Positions 1 to 11,085 of a stretch of 64,000 nucleotides of DNA are shown one piece after another. The stretch's first letter is position 1. Each line of letters starts with the position of its first letter. Below the pieces are notes generated by a model. It was not told where the DNA came from. It was given only the letters and a program-made list of their open reading frames with translations, and did not search any database. The translations under genes and the position numbers were made by a program. Source of the stretch: Neodothiora populina (taxonomy: Eukaryota); NCBI RefSeq assembly GCF_041146345.1, contig NW_027191402.1, positions 868,001-932,000 on the forward strand, written 5' to 3'.

Positions 1-130
1 AAAAGATAAAGGAGCCCGTAAACCAGACCAAGGTAAGCCTGCGCTGCGAAGATATATAATATGGGGCGGACTCTTATATGCCTTATCGGGGTTAGTTCTA
101 CCCTATCCTGTAACAGCTTAATTGTAGCAC

Positions 131-1557
131 TTACTTCGTCCTTGGCTCAGGTAGTCCCTTGGTCTCAATTTGCATCCCTAGATGTCGTACCTTGAGCTCC
201 TTCTTGATTGTCTTTTCTGATATTGTCTCACAGTCTTGGCCGAGATCTTTGCGAAGAGCGGTACCTATGTCTATTACTGCTCTGTATCTGCCTATTCGAC
301 GACCTTCTCGATCCAGACAGCTGTGCAAGTACGTTTGAATACCAGACAGCACAAAGAATAATCGAGAACAGTGTGGTGCAGAGTAACATGATAAAAAGGC
401 CTATCAACGTGTTAATGAAGAGCAAGTTCTAGAAGTGTTTTTATACCCCACCTAGAGATGATACACCCCATTGGTATCTATTAGAAGGCTGGCAAACCGC
501 ATAAGTCTTGACCCAATCGGCAGGATAGACATCGTTGTCACGAAACAAAGAGTCTGTAAATGTCAAATTCAGACGCGCCGGGTCAAGATGATAGATTCTG
601 TTGTCGTAACTGAATTCGGTTCGACTATTCTGTCCGTCCAGACAAACATCTCTGTACGAGCGGATAAGATCGTAGCTATAGTAGCTACGATAGTAATCTG
701 AGACTAAAGATGAGTTGCTTGTGACAGTATGATAATAGATCGCCGATGAGCCTTACCTTTGCAATCATTAAGGACATCACTTCCATTCTTAGACGGCATG
801 CCGCAAGGGTAATGATCCCAGAGGCCTATACGGCTTCCATCTCCGATGAAGTACTGTATCCGGCCCAAATTCCTTGCAGGGAACAGATTTTCATCCTTCA
901 AATCTCTACAAAAAGGCTCAGAGATGACTTGGTAGCCAGTTATACCTGACGTGATCGTCAGGAATGCCACAAGGTAAGCTGTCAGGTAGATGCAGGCAAA
1001 GACATCAAGTGTCTTACGGACACCTCTTCTTTTCCAGTCCTGATATAGATCTTGCATCAAGACCCATAAGCTTGTGAAGGTACCTGTGTTAAAAGCAGTC
1101 GCTGTATACTTGTCGAAAGATGAATGCCTTGTCTCCATAGAATCCAACAGAGCTTGGCCCAGGACCAGGTATAAGAGCAGCGTGAGTAATGTTTGACCGC
1201 CTCTTCCGACAACAGTATCCCAGGACACGTCAATAAGATTTGCATTCGAGAAAGTCAGATTTCCAGATGCGATGTTGATTGCAAAGAGTCCGGACGGGTG
1301 CCAGTTATCTACTACGCTCTCGGCGAATGCTATAGTACCATCTGGCATGCATTGGATATCAGGTACGTAAATGTGCCTGGTTAGCAGACCTGATAGGATA
1401 GGAGGTGCGAAAGCGACAGCAGTAGAAACCTAGAAATTGCTGTGATCTTATGGCGTTCGCCGTACGTGTGGTGGAACCTGATGCAAGGTTCTCTGATAGT
1501 ATCCCAGTGAGGCAGTCGCTTTTGAACAGAAGACAGATGAGTACGAAAGGAAGCCAT
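131..1557 (-). pseudogene. Disrupted gene for an uncharacterised fungal multi-pass membrane protein
   Basis: The pieces join into one protein: ATG at 1557; ORF 704-1348 (LIDVSWDTVVGRGGQ plus TM segments); a gtaagg...tttag intron near 704-757; an exon ending CQPSNRYQWGVSSL; then TM LLFINTLIGLFIMLL..W and GRYRAVIDIGTAL. Lesions: a frameshift and an in-frame TAG at 1430-1432, a 27-nt stop-containing segment at 426-452, and a +1 frameshift near 341. Confidence 0.6.
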
Positions 1558-2393
1558 CTTTATTTAAATTTCTTGACAACACCAGAAATGGTCCGATCTA
1601 AGGGCGGGACGGAAGGAGATAGATGTGGGTCCTCTTATACAGCGACGAACAACCGCTGAACGTGACCGCAGAGTTGCCATAGTAAGACCTATAACAATGC
1701 AATGCGCTCATAGATGCTTTGCAGTGTAGCAAGCCGCGTGGGCATCAACTACGATAATTGCGCTGTACTGGCGGAAGACCAACCACCAAGCTGAAGCACC
1801 GCTACGCCAATCTCCTCATACCTGGGTTCTCAACTTCAGCTAGGGGAATGAGGTGGGCGGCCGAGCAATCGCGGACTCTGGTGCTGTGCATCGAGTTCCG
1901 CATACAGCCCTTGTAGATACACCACATAAGGAAGGATCCATATGGTGATTGGCATTGCAAGCTGACGTGGCGTTGAAGTGTGCTACATGCAAAGGCAAGA
2001 GGCTCAATACTCTAGCTGCGATCGTACGCCTGATCTGGCATCAAGACAAGCAGCACGCAAAAACATGGCCACACACCTTTGCCTGAACGAAGGGGCTGAG
2101 CGGACATGATAAGCAACCAGGCAGACCAATTGTGAGCTCAGACGGTGATTCGAGGTAAGCTGCAGATCGGAGGGTGGTACAATGCCAGCATCATGAAGAT
2201 AGAAGGGCGATGGCGCAGGACGGGGCGTAGAACAGTGAGCTTGGTTGGATATGAGGAAGCTAAGGTAGGCAGGGGGCCATCAGGCTGTGGTTGAACAGCC
2301 CCATCAGGTGTATGTCGTTGACTAGGACTTTGTGCCTAGTTTGATAACGAGCTGTAGTATATGTATTGACACAATCGCTGAACATTATCAACA

Positions 2394-2477
2394 GCTGCTG
2401 TAGCTCAGTGGTAGAGCGTGGGATTGCAGTTCTCTACAATCATCCTAAGGTCCGTCGTTCGATCCGGCGTAGCAGCT
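2394..2477 (+). tRNA. tRNA-Cys(GCA) with 12-nt intron (2430-2441)
   Basis: Acceptor stem GCTGCTG/TAGCAGC, D arm GCTC/GAGC, anticodon stem TGGGA/TCCTA, anticodon GCA at 2426-2428, T arm CGTCG-TTCGATC-CGGCG, U73 discriminator (typical of Cys), TTTT at 2491-2494. Confidence 0.93.
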
Positions 2478-3073
2478 CTGGTGTACGAACTTTTGCCGCC
2501 CTTTGCTCAAAACTCTCCCACTACACAGTGCTCAGCCTACATATTCTTTGAAAAAATACTCGTCAAATCATATAGATGTCCACGCTGCAATTCATACTGA
2601 ACGTCCATGATTTACAGCAACTTCAAGGTTGCTATTTTCCTCGCTCTTCTTTCTCAATGTCATTGCTCCGCCTCTGCCTAAATCTTTCATCTTGGCCTTT
2701 TACTTGTGTTTTTGTCATTCAATTCTACGGTCCACTTTATCTGATCAGCTTGACCTTGAGTATTCCTTCGAGTGGTTATCGGCTACGCTGGGTATGACAA
2801 TATACACCCACTTAGGGGAAATGCTTATATACCTGAGACTTCACAGTAGTTCCTACTTTGAGCAATCGTTTGGTGTCTTGTATGTGATGTTTATTGAGTC
2901 TAATGTATATGATGTTCGTTACTTCGTGTCTTGTAGTTTTTCTTTCCGTTTCTCTGGGCCCTGTTTTCCCCTCTCTTCTCTTTAGTCTCTCTCGTGATTT
3001 CTCTATGAGCAACATTTTGATCGAGTAGAAAACATGCAATCTAGGAGATCGATGCCCGCCACATGGCTCTTGT

Positions 3074-4411
3074 TCATTGCTTCGGAGTCATGACCCCCTC
3101 ACTAACCGGCGTCTCAGCTCGACTCGGCGTACCGACCGCACTGCCAGTGCCCCCAATACCGCCCAACCTCTTCTTCTTGACCTTCTTCTTGGGCACCACA
3201 ACCGGCTTCGTGCCGTAATTACTCAGACTCAAATACGTGCCACAAGTGAGACAAGTATTATCCTCAAGGACGTGACAGAAGATGCTGAGGCAGATACTGC
3301 ATACCCATCCTAGGTCAACAACGCGGCCGTGGCAGAAACATGCTGCGCGGAAGTCGACGCCTTCGGATTCGCCGGCGAGGGTCAGCCATTTGCGGGCGGA
3401 TTGGTCGGGCAGGTAGGCCATCATTAGAGTTTGGAGCAGGCCGGCGACTTTGCTGCCGTGTTGTTTTTGGGGAGAGGTTGCTGTTGCGCCGTTTTCGTCG
3501 GAAGAGGTTTTATCACTGCGGCTTCCTGCCAGGTCCATGTAAATGCCACCTGTTGCGTCTGCGGCTTGTTGCAGGAATTCGGCCTCGGAGTATTGGTTTA
3601 GAGTGAGGATGTCGATTGGGATGGCGAGGCGTTGACATGCAAAGACGCTGTTCATTATGGGGATGTATTGGGTTGCTAAACCTCCTGAGACGCTGATGAC
3701 GAGGATCCTGCTGAGTAGACCAGTGGTGCTCTGTCCGGTGCCGTCTGCAGAGGAAATGTTGAACTGGCCAGCTGTGTTTCCCGTGTCGGCGGAGGATGAC
3801 ACTGCGGTGCTGCTTGGAGCAGTCAGAGTCTGCTTGCTGATATACGACAAAGCCATGGTCAAGGCGCCCGAGAGCACGGTGGACGTCGACTCTTTCAAGT
3901 CATCCGAGGTTGTCGTGGTGATCAGGTCGCGTAGGTTCGCGGTAATGGCGTTTTCTATCGTGGCAAAAGGGCGGTATTTGTTTGGGTCTCCTGACAGCTT
4001 TGTTGATGATGGCGCATCCGCCATGTCTACGTCCATCGCCTCGCCGTTCTGTGCGCCATTGCCATTCACTGAAGAAGGTCTTTCTTTTGGCAATGTAGGC
4101 GTAGGGTAGAGAAACTGTGCTCTGCCGCTATGTGAAGCCATCACGGCGATGCGGTTCATGTTGTTTATGGCGAGGTGGGCATTGATGAAGACGAGCATGT
4201 TTGCGACGGCTTGAGTCAAGGGAAGAGTAGACGACAGGATGGACCAGGCATGGGGGTTTGTGTCGAGGACGATGGTGAGCAACGACGGAGGCACACCTGT
4301 CGCACTGTATTAGTGGTTGGATTGATGATGATAATAATCAGTATTGTTCTTGCCATTGTTCTTACCAGAGTCTGTCCGCTCTTCGCGGCTGGTTGCGTCG
4401 ACGGCGTTCAT
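3074..4411 (-). CDS. TFB4: TFIIH core subunit Tfb4/p34 (vWA domain plus C-terminal C4 zinc finger)
   Basis: PSLLTIVLDTNPHAW, YIPIMNSVFACQR, FLQQAADATGGIY, VDFRAACFCH..GWVCSICLSIFC..CLTCG. Exon 1 is 4411-4366 (MNAVDATSREERTDS), the intron is 4365-4297 (gtaag...ctaat...cag), and exon 2 is 4296-3074. Confidence 0.95.
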
Positions 4412-4688
4412 CGTGACGCGCGTGTCGATGCACTATCGGTCCATGAGATATTGATTGTGTAAGAGAGAGAGGACGCCCGTGTCTGTTGTGGTTGAGTATG
4501 ACCGAAAGTAGAGCAGAAGATTGGCTCCCTTGTTCGATGTAATTGACTTTGAGCATCTGAGTGACGTCGGGGAACACCAACGCCGAGCCTTTTGTCTTTG
4601 ACGTGTTGCTTCCACTTTGTTTATCGATTCTATATAACCTCTTTCCCATTTGCAGGATAGTACAGTCAACACCAATCAACTCTCGCAG

Positions 4689-5366
4689 ATGGACCAAACA
4701 AAACCCTCAGATGCAGACATCCTGGCCGCAGTGAGGCATCTGGACGATACACGCGACTCGTTGATAGCCACGGCTCCGGTCTTGTCTGCCTACCTCGGCT
4801 CACAGAAAACCAATCTCAAAGCAGACTCGGGGATCACGCCAGAAGACGAAGCGTCCCGGCAATGCTGCCACTCTTGTAGCAACATATTGATCCCTGGGTG
4901 GTCGTGCAAAAAGCTCCGCATCAAAGATCAACCGCGGCGCAAAAAGCGTGCCAAGAAGCACATTGATGGCGTTGCCAAAGCATCCGAGACCAAATTGTCA
5001 CCGGCTATGGTTGTTTACACATGCGATTTGTGTCGTTCCAACAACAAATCCAAGATTCCAGAGAAGAAGGGGATTGAGACAAGATCATCAAGGCCATATT
5101 CTCGACTGCCAGCTATAAAGTCCAACTCGGCGATGGAAACCACACCCTCACTGATTCCATCCAACAAGGCTTCCACATCGAGTCCGCCGGTGCCTGACAG
5201 CCCATTGCCCAAGTCCGAGGGAGATTCTGCCACTGCGACGGGAGCGAAGAAGCGATCGAGAAAGAACAAGACTGGAGGCGGTCTCGCCGCTCTGCTGGCC
5301 AAGAGCAAAAGCGCGAGCGCATCGCCGGCCGGCTTCGATCTGATGGACTTTATGAAGAGCGGCTGA
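4689..5366 (+). CDS. Rpr2/Rpp21/Snm1-family RNase P/MRP zinc-ribbon subunit
   Basis: CHSCSNILIPGWSC ... VYTCDLC (two CxxC pairs with the family LIPG motif), followed by a basic low-complexity tail. First ATG at 4689. Confidence 0.72.
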   Translation: MDQTKPSDADILAAVRHLDDTRDSLIATAPVLSAYLGSQKTNLKADSGITPEDEASRQCCHSCSNILIPGWSCKKLRIKDQPRRKKRAKKHIDGVAKASETKLSPAMVVYTCDLCRSNNKSKIPEKKGIETRSSRPYSRLPAIKSNSAMETTPSLIPSNKASTSSPPVPDSPLPKSEGDSATATGAKKRSRKNKTGGGLAALLAKSKSASASPAGFDLMDFMKSG

Positions 5367-5794
5367 TCTGATCTTGTCATCGGCTCGATACCTCATTTCT
5401 CTTCGGAAGCAATGCCTCTGGACGACACAAGATCCGCTGGACACGGCGAGGAACAGCGTCTTCACATGCATTGTCGAGATGCCAAGACTGTCGGATCTGT
5501 GATAAGAGGATCGGCGGCGACAAGATAAGATATCCGGAATCCGCCCCGCAGTGAGGGTTTTGTGCAGATCTGAGCAAGGATTCGTCATTCACAAAAGAGG
5601 AAAATCGTTCATGATTGCACAAGTGCATCATCGCGGGGCGGCAGGCGCAGCAACATCTTTCTGCTTCTTTTTGGGCGTCGCTTTTTATTCTTCACAAGAA
5701 TTGTTGCTTGATTACTACTTCTCGAATCTTCTCCACTCGACCTTTTACTTGGAGAAGCGACTGGCCAGACTTGTCACTCTCAGTCTCACACATC

Positions 5795-5894
5795 CAACAA
5801 CAACAACAACAACTACTACGACGACGACATAACACTACTCTGTGGTGCAACTCGAGGACTGAGAAACCCCTAGACTCACACACACACACACACA
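5795..5894 (+). repeat. Microsatellites (CAA)6-(CTA)2-(CGA)n and (CA)9 in the ZPR1 5' leader
   Basis: Seen directly at 5795-5828 and 5877-5894. Confidence 0.85.
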
Positions 5895-5934
5895 ACCAGT
5901 CATATTCACACAAACTACAAACACAACACACAGC

Positions 5935-7485
5935 ATGGCCCCTAACGGAGTGCAAATGCCCGGCAAGTCCCTGTCCAAGGACCTGTTCGAGGACATGGGC
6001 CGCAAAGTCGAGAACATGACGGGCGGAGGGAACAGCGCCGAGGGCGACTCGGAACCCAAAGTCGTCGAGGAAATCGAGAGTCTCTGCATGAACTGCCACG
6101 CCAGCGGCACCACGAGACTCTTACTCACAAAGATTCCCTTCTTCCGCGAAATTGTCTTGATGTCCTTCTCTTGCGAAGAGTGCGGCTTCAAGAATTCGGA
6201 AATTCAATCGGCGGGCGAGATCCAACAGCGCGGCGCGAGATATACCTTCAAAGTAGAGAACGAGCATGACATGGCGCGTCAAGTGGTCAAGACCGACTAC
6301 AGCGTCTTCAAAGTCGAGGATGTCGACCTTGAGATCCCCGCCGGTCGCGGTCAACTCACCAACATCGAGGGTTTGTTGTCCGCAGTCAAGGCAGATCTGT
6401 TCCAGCACCAGGACGCCAGGATGCAGCAGATGCCCGAAGTCGGCATCAAAGTCGGCGAGGTCATCCAGGCTCTCGACGATATGCTGTCCGGCAAGCGCTT
6501 CCCCTTTACTGTTTCCTCAGAAGACATCTCCGGCAACTCGTTCATCGAACCCTCGCCCCACGACTCGACGGGCAAGTGGAAACGCAGCGACTTTGACCGC
6601 ACGCCGCAACAAAACGGCACCCTGGGTCTCGGCGACGACGTGCCCGCCCCAGCCGGCACGGAAACCGGCGCGCCACCTCCCACCCTCCGCCCCGAATACC
6701 ACGCCTCGAACCTCGTCGGCGGCACCATGGGCGAGCCGCGCACAATCTCCACCAACAACGTCGACGACGAAGACGACGAGATCCACGAAGGCGAAGTCTA
6801 CTCCTTCCCCTCGAGCTGCCCAGGCTGCACACGGCCGTGCGCGACAAACATGAAAATGGTGCACATCCCCTTCTTCAAGCAAGTCGTGCTGATGAGCACG
6901 GCCTGTGCGCAATGCGGCTACCGCAGCAACGAAGTCAAGACCGGCGGCGAAGTGCCCGCGCGCGGCCGCAAGATCACCCTGCGCGTCGAAAACCCAGCCG
7001 ACCTCGCGCGAGACGTCCTCAAGTCCGAGTCCGCCGCCCTCTCCTGCCCGGAACTCGACCTGCACGTGCAGCCCGGCACGCTAGGAGGCCGCTTCACCAC
7101 CGTCGAGGGCCTGCTGACGCAGTTCCGCAAGGACCTGCGCGCGCAAGCCTTCGGGCTGTCGGACGGCGACTCCGAGGCCGAGCTCGCGCACGTCGGCGAC
7201 TCGGTCGAGCCGACGACGAAGCGCAGCTGGGACGACTTCTTCGCTGCTCTCACCGACGCCATCGAGGGCAAGACCAAGTTCACCGTCGTCATCCAGGATC
7301 CGCTCGCGTCGTCGTACGTGCAGAGTTTCACCGCGCCCGAGCCTGATCCCCAGATCCATGCCGAGGACTATGATCGCACCGAGGAGGAAGAGGAGGATCT
7401 GGGCCTCAGGGATATCCAGACCGAGGGCTACGAGGGCGATCCGAACTTGCCTGCTTCTGCTTCTGCTTCTGCTCGGTCTTCATAG
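5935..7485 (+). CDS. ZPR1: Zinc finger protein ZPR1 (eEF1A chaperone), single exon, 516 aa
   Basis: Two ZPR1 modules: ESLCMNC..TKIPFFREIVLMSFSCEECGFKN and SSCPGC..HIPFFKQVVLMSTACAQCGYRSNEVKTGG; also GRFTTVEGLL and DPLASSYVQS. Confidence 0.97.
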   Translation: MAPNGVQMPGKSLSKDLFEDMGRKVENMTGGGNSAEGDSEPKVVEEIESLCMNCHASGTTRLLLTKIPFFREIVLMSFSCEECGFKNSEIQSAGEIQQRGARYTFKVENEHDMARQVVKTDYSVFKVEDVDLEIPAGRGQLTNIEGLLSAVKADLFQHQDARMQQMPEVGIKVGEVIQALDDMLSGKRFPFTVSSEDISGNSFIEPSPHDSTGKWKRSDFDRTPQQNGTLGLGDDVPAPAGTETGAPPPTLRPEYHASNLVGGTMGEPRTISTNNVDDEDDEIHEGEVYSFPSSCPGCTRPCATNMKMVHIPFFKQVVLMSTACAQCGYRSNEVKTGGEVPARGRKITLRVENPADLARDVLKSESAALSCPELDLHVQPGTLGGRFTTVEGLLTQFRKDLRAQAFGLSDGDSEAELAHVGDSVEPTTKRSWDDFFAALTDAIEGKTKFTVVIQDPLASSYVQSFTAPEPDPQIHAEDYDRTEEEEEDLGLRDIQTEGYEGDPNLPASASASARSS

Positions 7486-7806
7486 AGAGGCTGGCTGGCT
7501 CCTGCAAACCAAAATCCCCTTTTTAATCTTGGTTTTTCGCTGCTTATGAGGGAAAGTGAAAAGGATTGATTGGACTTGAAGAAAAAGTTGAAGCCACATT
7601 TTCATGATGAATTATTCTATACCTGGAATACTTCCAGTGCCTAGATCTCGATTTTGTCTCGTTATACATACGTGAGCGTGACGGGTCATATTCAGTGCCT
7701 GCCTGCTCTTCAGACACACAAATGCACAGAACACTAGAGTGGGCCAAGTCTGGGAGAACCATCGTCTTGATTCTCCGTTTAGGGATCACATAGGGTCTTT
7801 GATCTT

Positions 7807-10039
7807 CTAGAGTCCTTCCTCTGTGACTCTTCTGACTCCTCTCATTCCACTCCACTGCTCGCCATGCCATCCCCGTGAATTTTGTCTCGGTGCCGTCCTC
7901 CCGTCCTCGTTCATCATTGATGTCTCTCTCTCCGACTACTGGCGCTCGACGCACTCACCCGCCGCATCTTGACCGCCCGTCCACCCTGTGCGATCATGCC
8001 GTTTCCCTCGCCACGAGACATGGTACACACGGGCTTCTGCTCGTCTGCATGCATTGATGCTAGTGCCTATCATTCAAAGTCAGCAACGTCCAATTCTTTC
8101 CAGATTCATGGTGCGAGACTTACGAACGAGTCAGTGTTGTGGGCAAAGTAGAGATACACCCCCTCTTTCGTCCTCTTGACACACAATACCCCGATCGCGC
8201 CAGCTGAGTTGCTGTGTTTCACGCTGGGATGACCTGTGGTTCACCGGTCAGCGTTTCCTAGTCCCTCATTCTCTGTTCATTGTGACAATACGAACCCATG
8301 AAGTCCTTCTCTACCACACTCCTGAGAGCCTCGTCGTCTTCGACCTCAACCAGAGCGCCCCCTTTGCCTTTCTTGATCCCGTGATACACTCTCTCTGCAG
8401 CAACAGTCGCTGCCATTGTCGTCGCCATGTGCTCTCCCGTCCCGGATGTCACCGAAGCCACGCACGTCCGATTCTTGTCGTCGGGATCGGTGGGAACCAC
8501 AGCTGCTCCCACGCCGACCAGAGCGGCAGGACCCATACGTCCACGGTGTTTCATTCCAATCCCCCCAGACGACGCTCCGCATGCAATGTTGCCATAGTTG
8601 TCGATTGCAATGGCTCCGACCGTATCTGTGATCTTGTCGTTCCGCCAGGGTATGCTGTGACCGTCTGCTGGCTGACTTCGCTCACTTTTGTTCTCGCTCT
8701 TTCTTGTCGTTGGTGTATCAGGGACAGTAATCCCAACGTCCTCAAGCGGGGGTGTAAGACCTGACCTCCGAGCTTGTTGCAAGGGTAGCTGTGGCTCTGG
8801 ACTCGGCGTCAGTGATGGCAGCTGTAGTGTCGACGTCGACGAGTTAGACGTCTCGTCTGACGAAGAGCCGTCGTATGACCCATGGTAGAAGTCATCATGG
8901 TCCGACATAGGAGTCTCGGGTCCAAGATCAGTCATCTCGTACTCTGGTGATGCCATTGTAGTGGAGAGGTGGCCGTCGTTGACGTGCTGTGAGCTCTGTC
9001 TATTGTTCTGCATGAACAGCGTGTCTGTACTGTTCATGAAGGGATTTCGCGATGCAGCATGTCCAGGTGGTCCAAGAGAGTCACCCGGCCGGTATTGGCG
9101 TAGACCGGCATCAAGCATTGATTCGGGAGTTGTGTTGGTGGAGCTCAAGCCGCGAACAGAAGGAGTCGATCTCCGAGAGGGGCCCATCGGTGACGAAGTA
9201 GCTTGACTTAATCTATCAGACGATGGTCCCGGAGAAAGAGGTTGAGCCTCATTCCAGACGCCGCAGTCAAGCGCATGCGTGTGGGCAAGCCGTGCTTGTT
9301 CTCTCATCTGATCAACAGCCTTGACATCATGGTCGTTCTCGGGGACGAAAGCATCGTAGAGGTGAGGATGGCTTCTACGCGCCTTGCTTTCGACATTTTT
9401 CATATCGTGCTTCCACTTTAGCCAGCGATCACGCGCCGCAGGCGATACGAGGGCATCGTAAGGTAGTATGGGCATGCCAAAACTTGCGCCAAAGTCAGTC
9501 GCTCCTTGGCCCACAAGAAGATTCGGTGGGACACGACGGAGGCTGAGCTGGGTTGTGGTGTGATCAAGCACAAGTCTCGCTAGACTGATTGGATTCTTGA
9601 TTTCTGCGTACTGTTAGCGGCTCTGACGTTATGTAGATACTGATTGTGACGAACGAGCGACAGCACCGCAACCCCCACTTCGACCGTAATGATCCACGAT
9701 GACTGCATCGCATTCGACTATGCCGTCCATGGCGAGGTTGCTACCGTATGCGGCATTTGTGATCTCTCGATCTTCCAGAACCTTGATCGCAATCTCGATG
9801 GCATCCGTGGCAGAACCGCCGTTTCGCATAATGGCCATTCCCGCTTTACAGGCGCTATGTAGATAAGGTAGTCAGTATCTTTTAAGTCAACAGTACACCG
9901 TGGGCGAGACCGACTCTGTGCAAGCTTGGAGGTGGACATTCTCGTTCTGGAAGCTATGGTAGCCTGCTCCGGCATGAACGAAGATGCAGGCAATGTCGTT
10001 GTACTTTTTGCTTCTTTTGTTGCTGAAGACATTGGCCAT
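7807..10039 (-). CDS. Taspase-1-like threonine aspartase (type 2 asparaginase/Ntn hydrolase), 5 exons
   Basis: IFVHAGAGYH, LEDREITNAAYGSNL, autocleavage site TD|TVGAIAID, GASSGGIGMKHRGRMGPAA, SGTGEH, FAHNTDSF. Exons 10039-9915, 9854-9655, 9603-8296, 8233-8124, 8066-7807. The exact C-terminus is uncertain because of a possible extra donor near 7957. Confidence 0.88.
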
Positions 10040-11085
10040 AGCTAATCTGGCAGAGCCAAAGCAATATGATAGTCTGTTCTCCTCGTTGATGTGTTGTATC
10101 AAGAACACTTCTCCAAGATAGCAAAGGAGCAGATATAGGTTTAAGGAGTACTAATAACTACTAGCTTTTGCCAGGATGAAGGATGGCTTCGATTACACCC
10201 GCCTTGGTCAATCAGGACTCAAGTATGATTCCAAGTGAGAGCCGGTCGGTATACTTGATTTCGAAAACTGAAGAAACTTTCACCGGCTCGACATGCTAGA
10301 GGACAGTGCGTCGAAATAGCGGTTGCCTGTAAGCCTTGCTTTCTTTTCAGGAGGATTGCGATGTTGAGTAAACGAATGAAAGGCCCGCCTAAGCAATGTC
10401 AAGACCACCTGGTGGAGGTTAGAGGTTGTCGGAGGCAAGAAAAGGTGGACGGCTCAAGCTAAGGATGGGTGAGAGATGGAGTCAGCGCACTGTGGTCTAG
10501 CAGCGTACTCATCCACGACAGGACTGATATGAATGATATTACACTGTTAACAAGCCTCACATGATGTGTATTCCCGATTCTATAAAGAGAAGGCACGACG
10601 GGTGGAGAGACAAGCCACAAGCCCTGTGAGTGGGATATGAGTTGCTATCAGATTACAACATTAACCACAGCAGCACCACATTCATCCTAATCCAGCCTTT
10701 GGCTCATCCAGAGATGCCTATGCAGATGTCCATGGCTGACTGAACACACAAAAGGTATATACAGTATTCGATATGACTGTGATATAGAACATTTCCTATT
10801 TGAGCCGTATGCGAACAGGTGCAGTAAGGCAGCCAGCGGAAGCACGGTCCAGGTCGGCGCGGGGCACGCCAAGACTCCGCGCTCCTCCCCGAAGCCGTCG
10901 AGACGACGACGACGTAACGTTGTCGCCTGTGGGAGCGTGAATCTCCCGCTATACCATCACTACTTTTCCACGTCTCTGCCCATTGCCATTGCCTGCCCTG
11001 CGTGAGTCGTCGAGAGTCACGCATAATCAGCTGCAACTTCCATACCGCCAGCTCCGGCAATACATCTCACCCATAGTCGACCAAG

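Noticed and set aside
6121..7359. Many overlapping alternative-frame and antisense ORFs within ZPR1
   Set aside because: Expected shadow ORFs of a GC3-rich coding sequence; no independent motifs.
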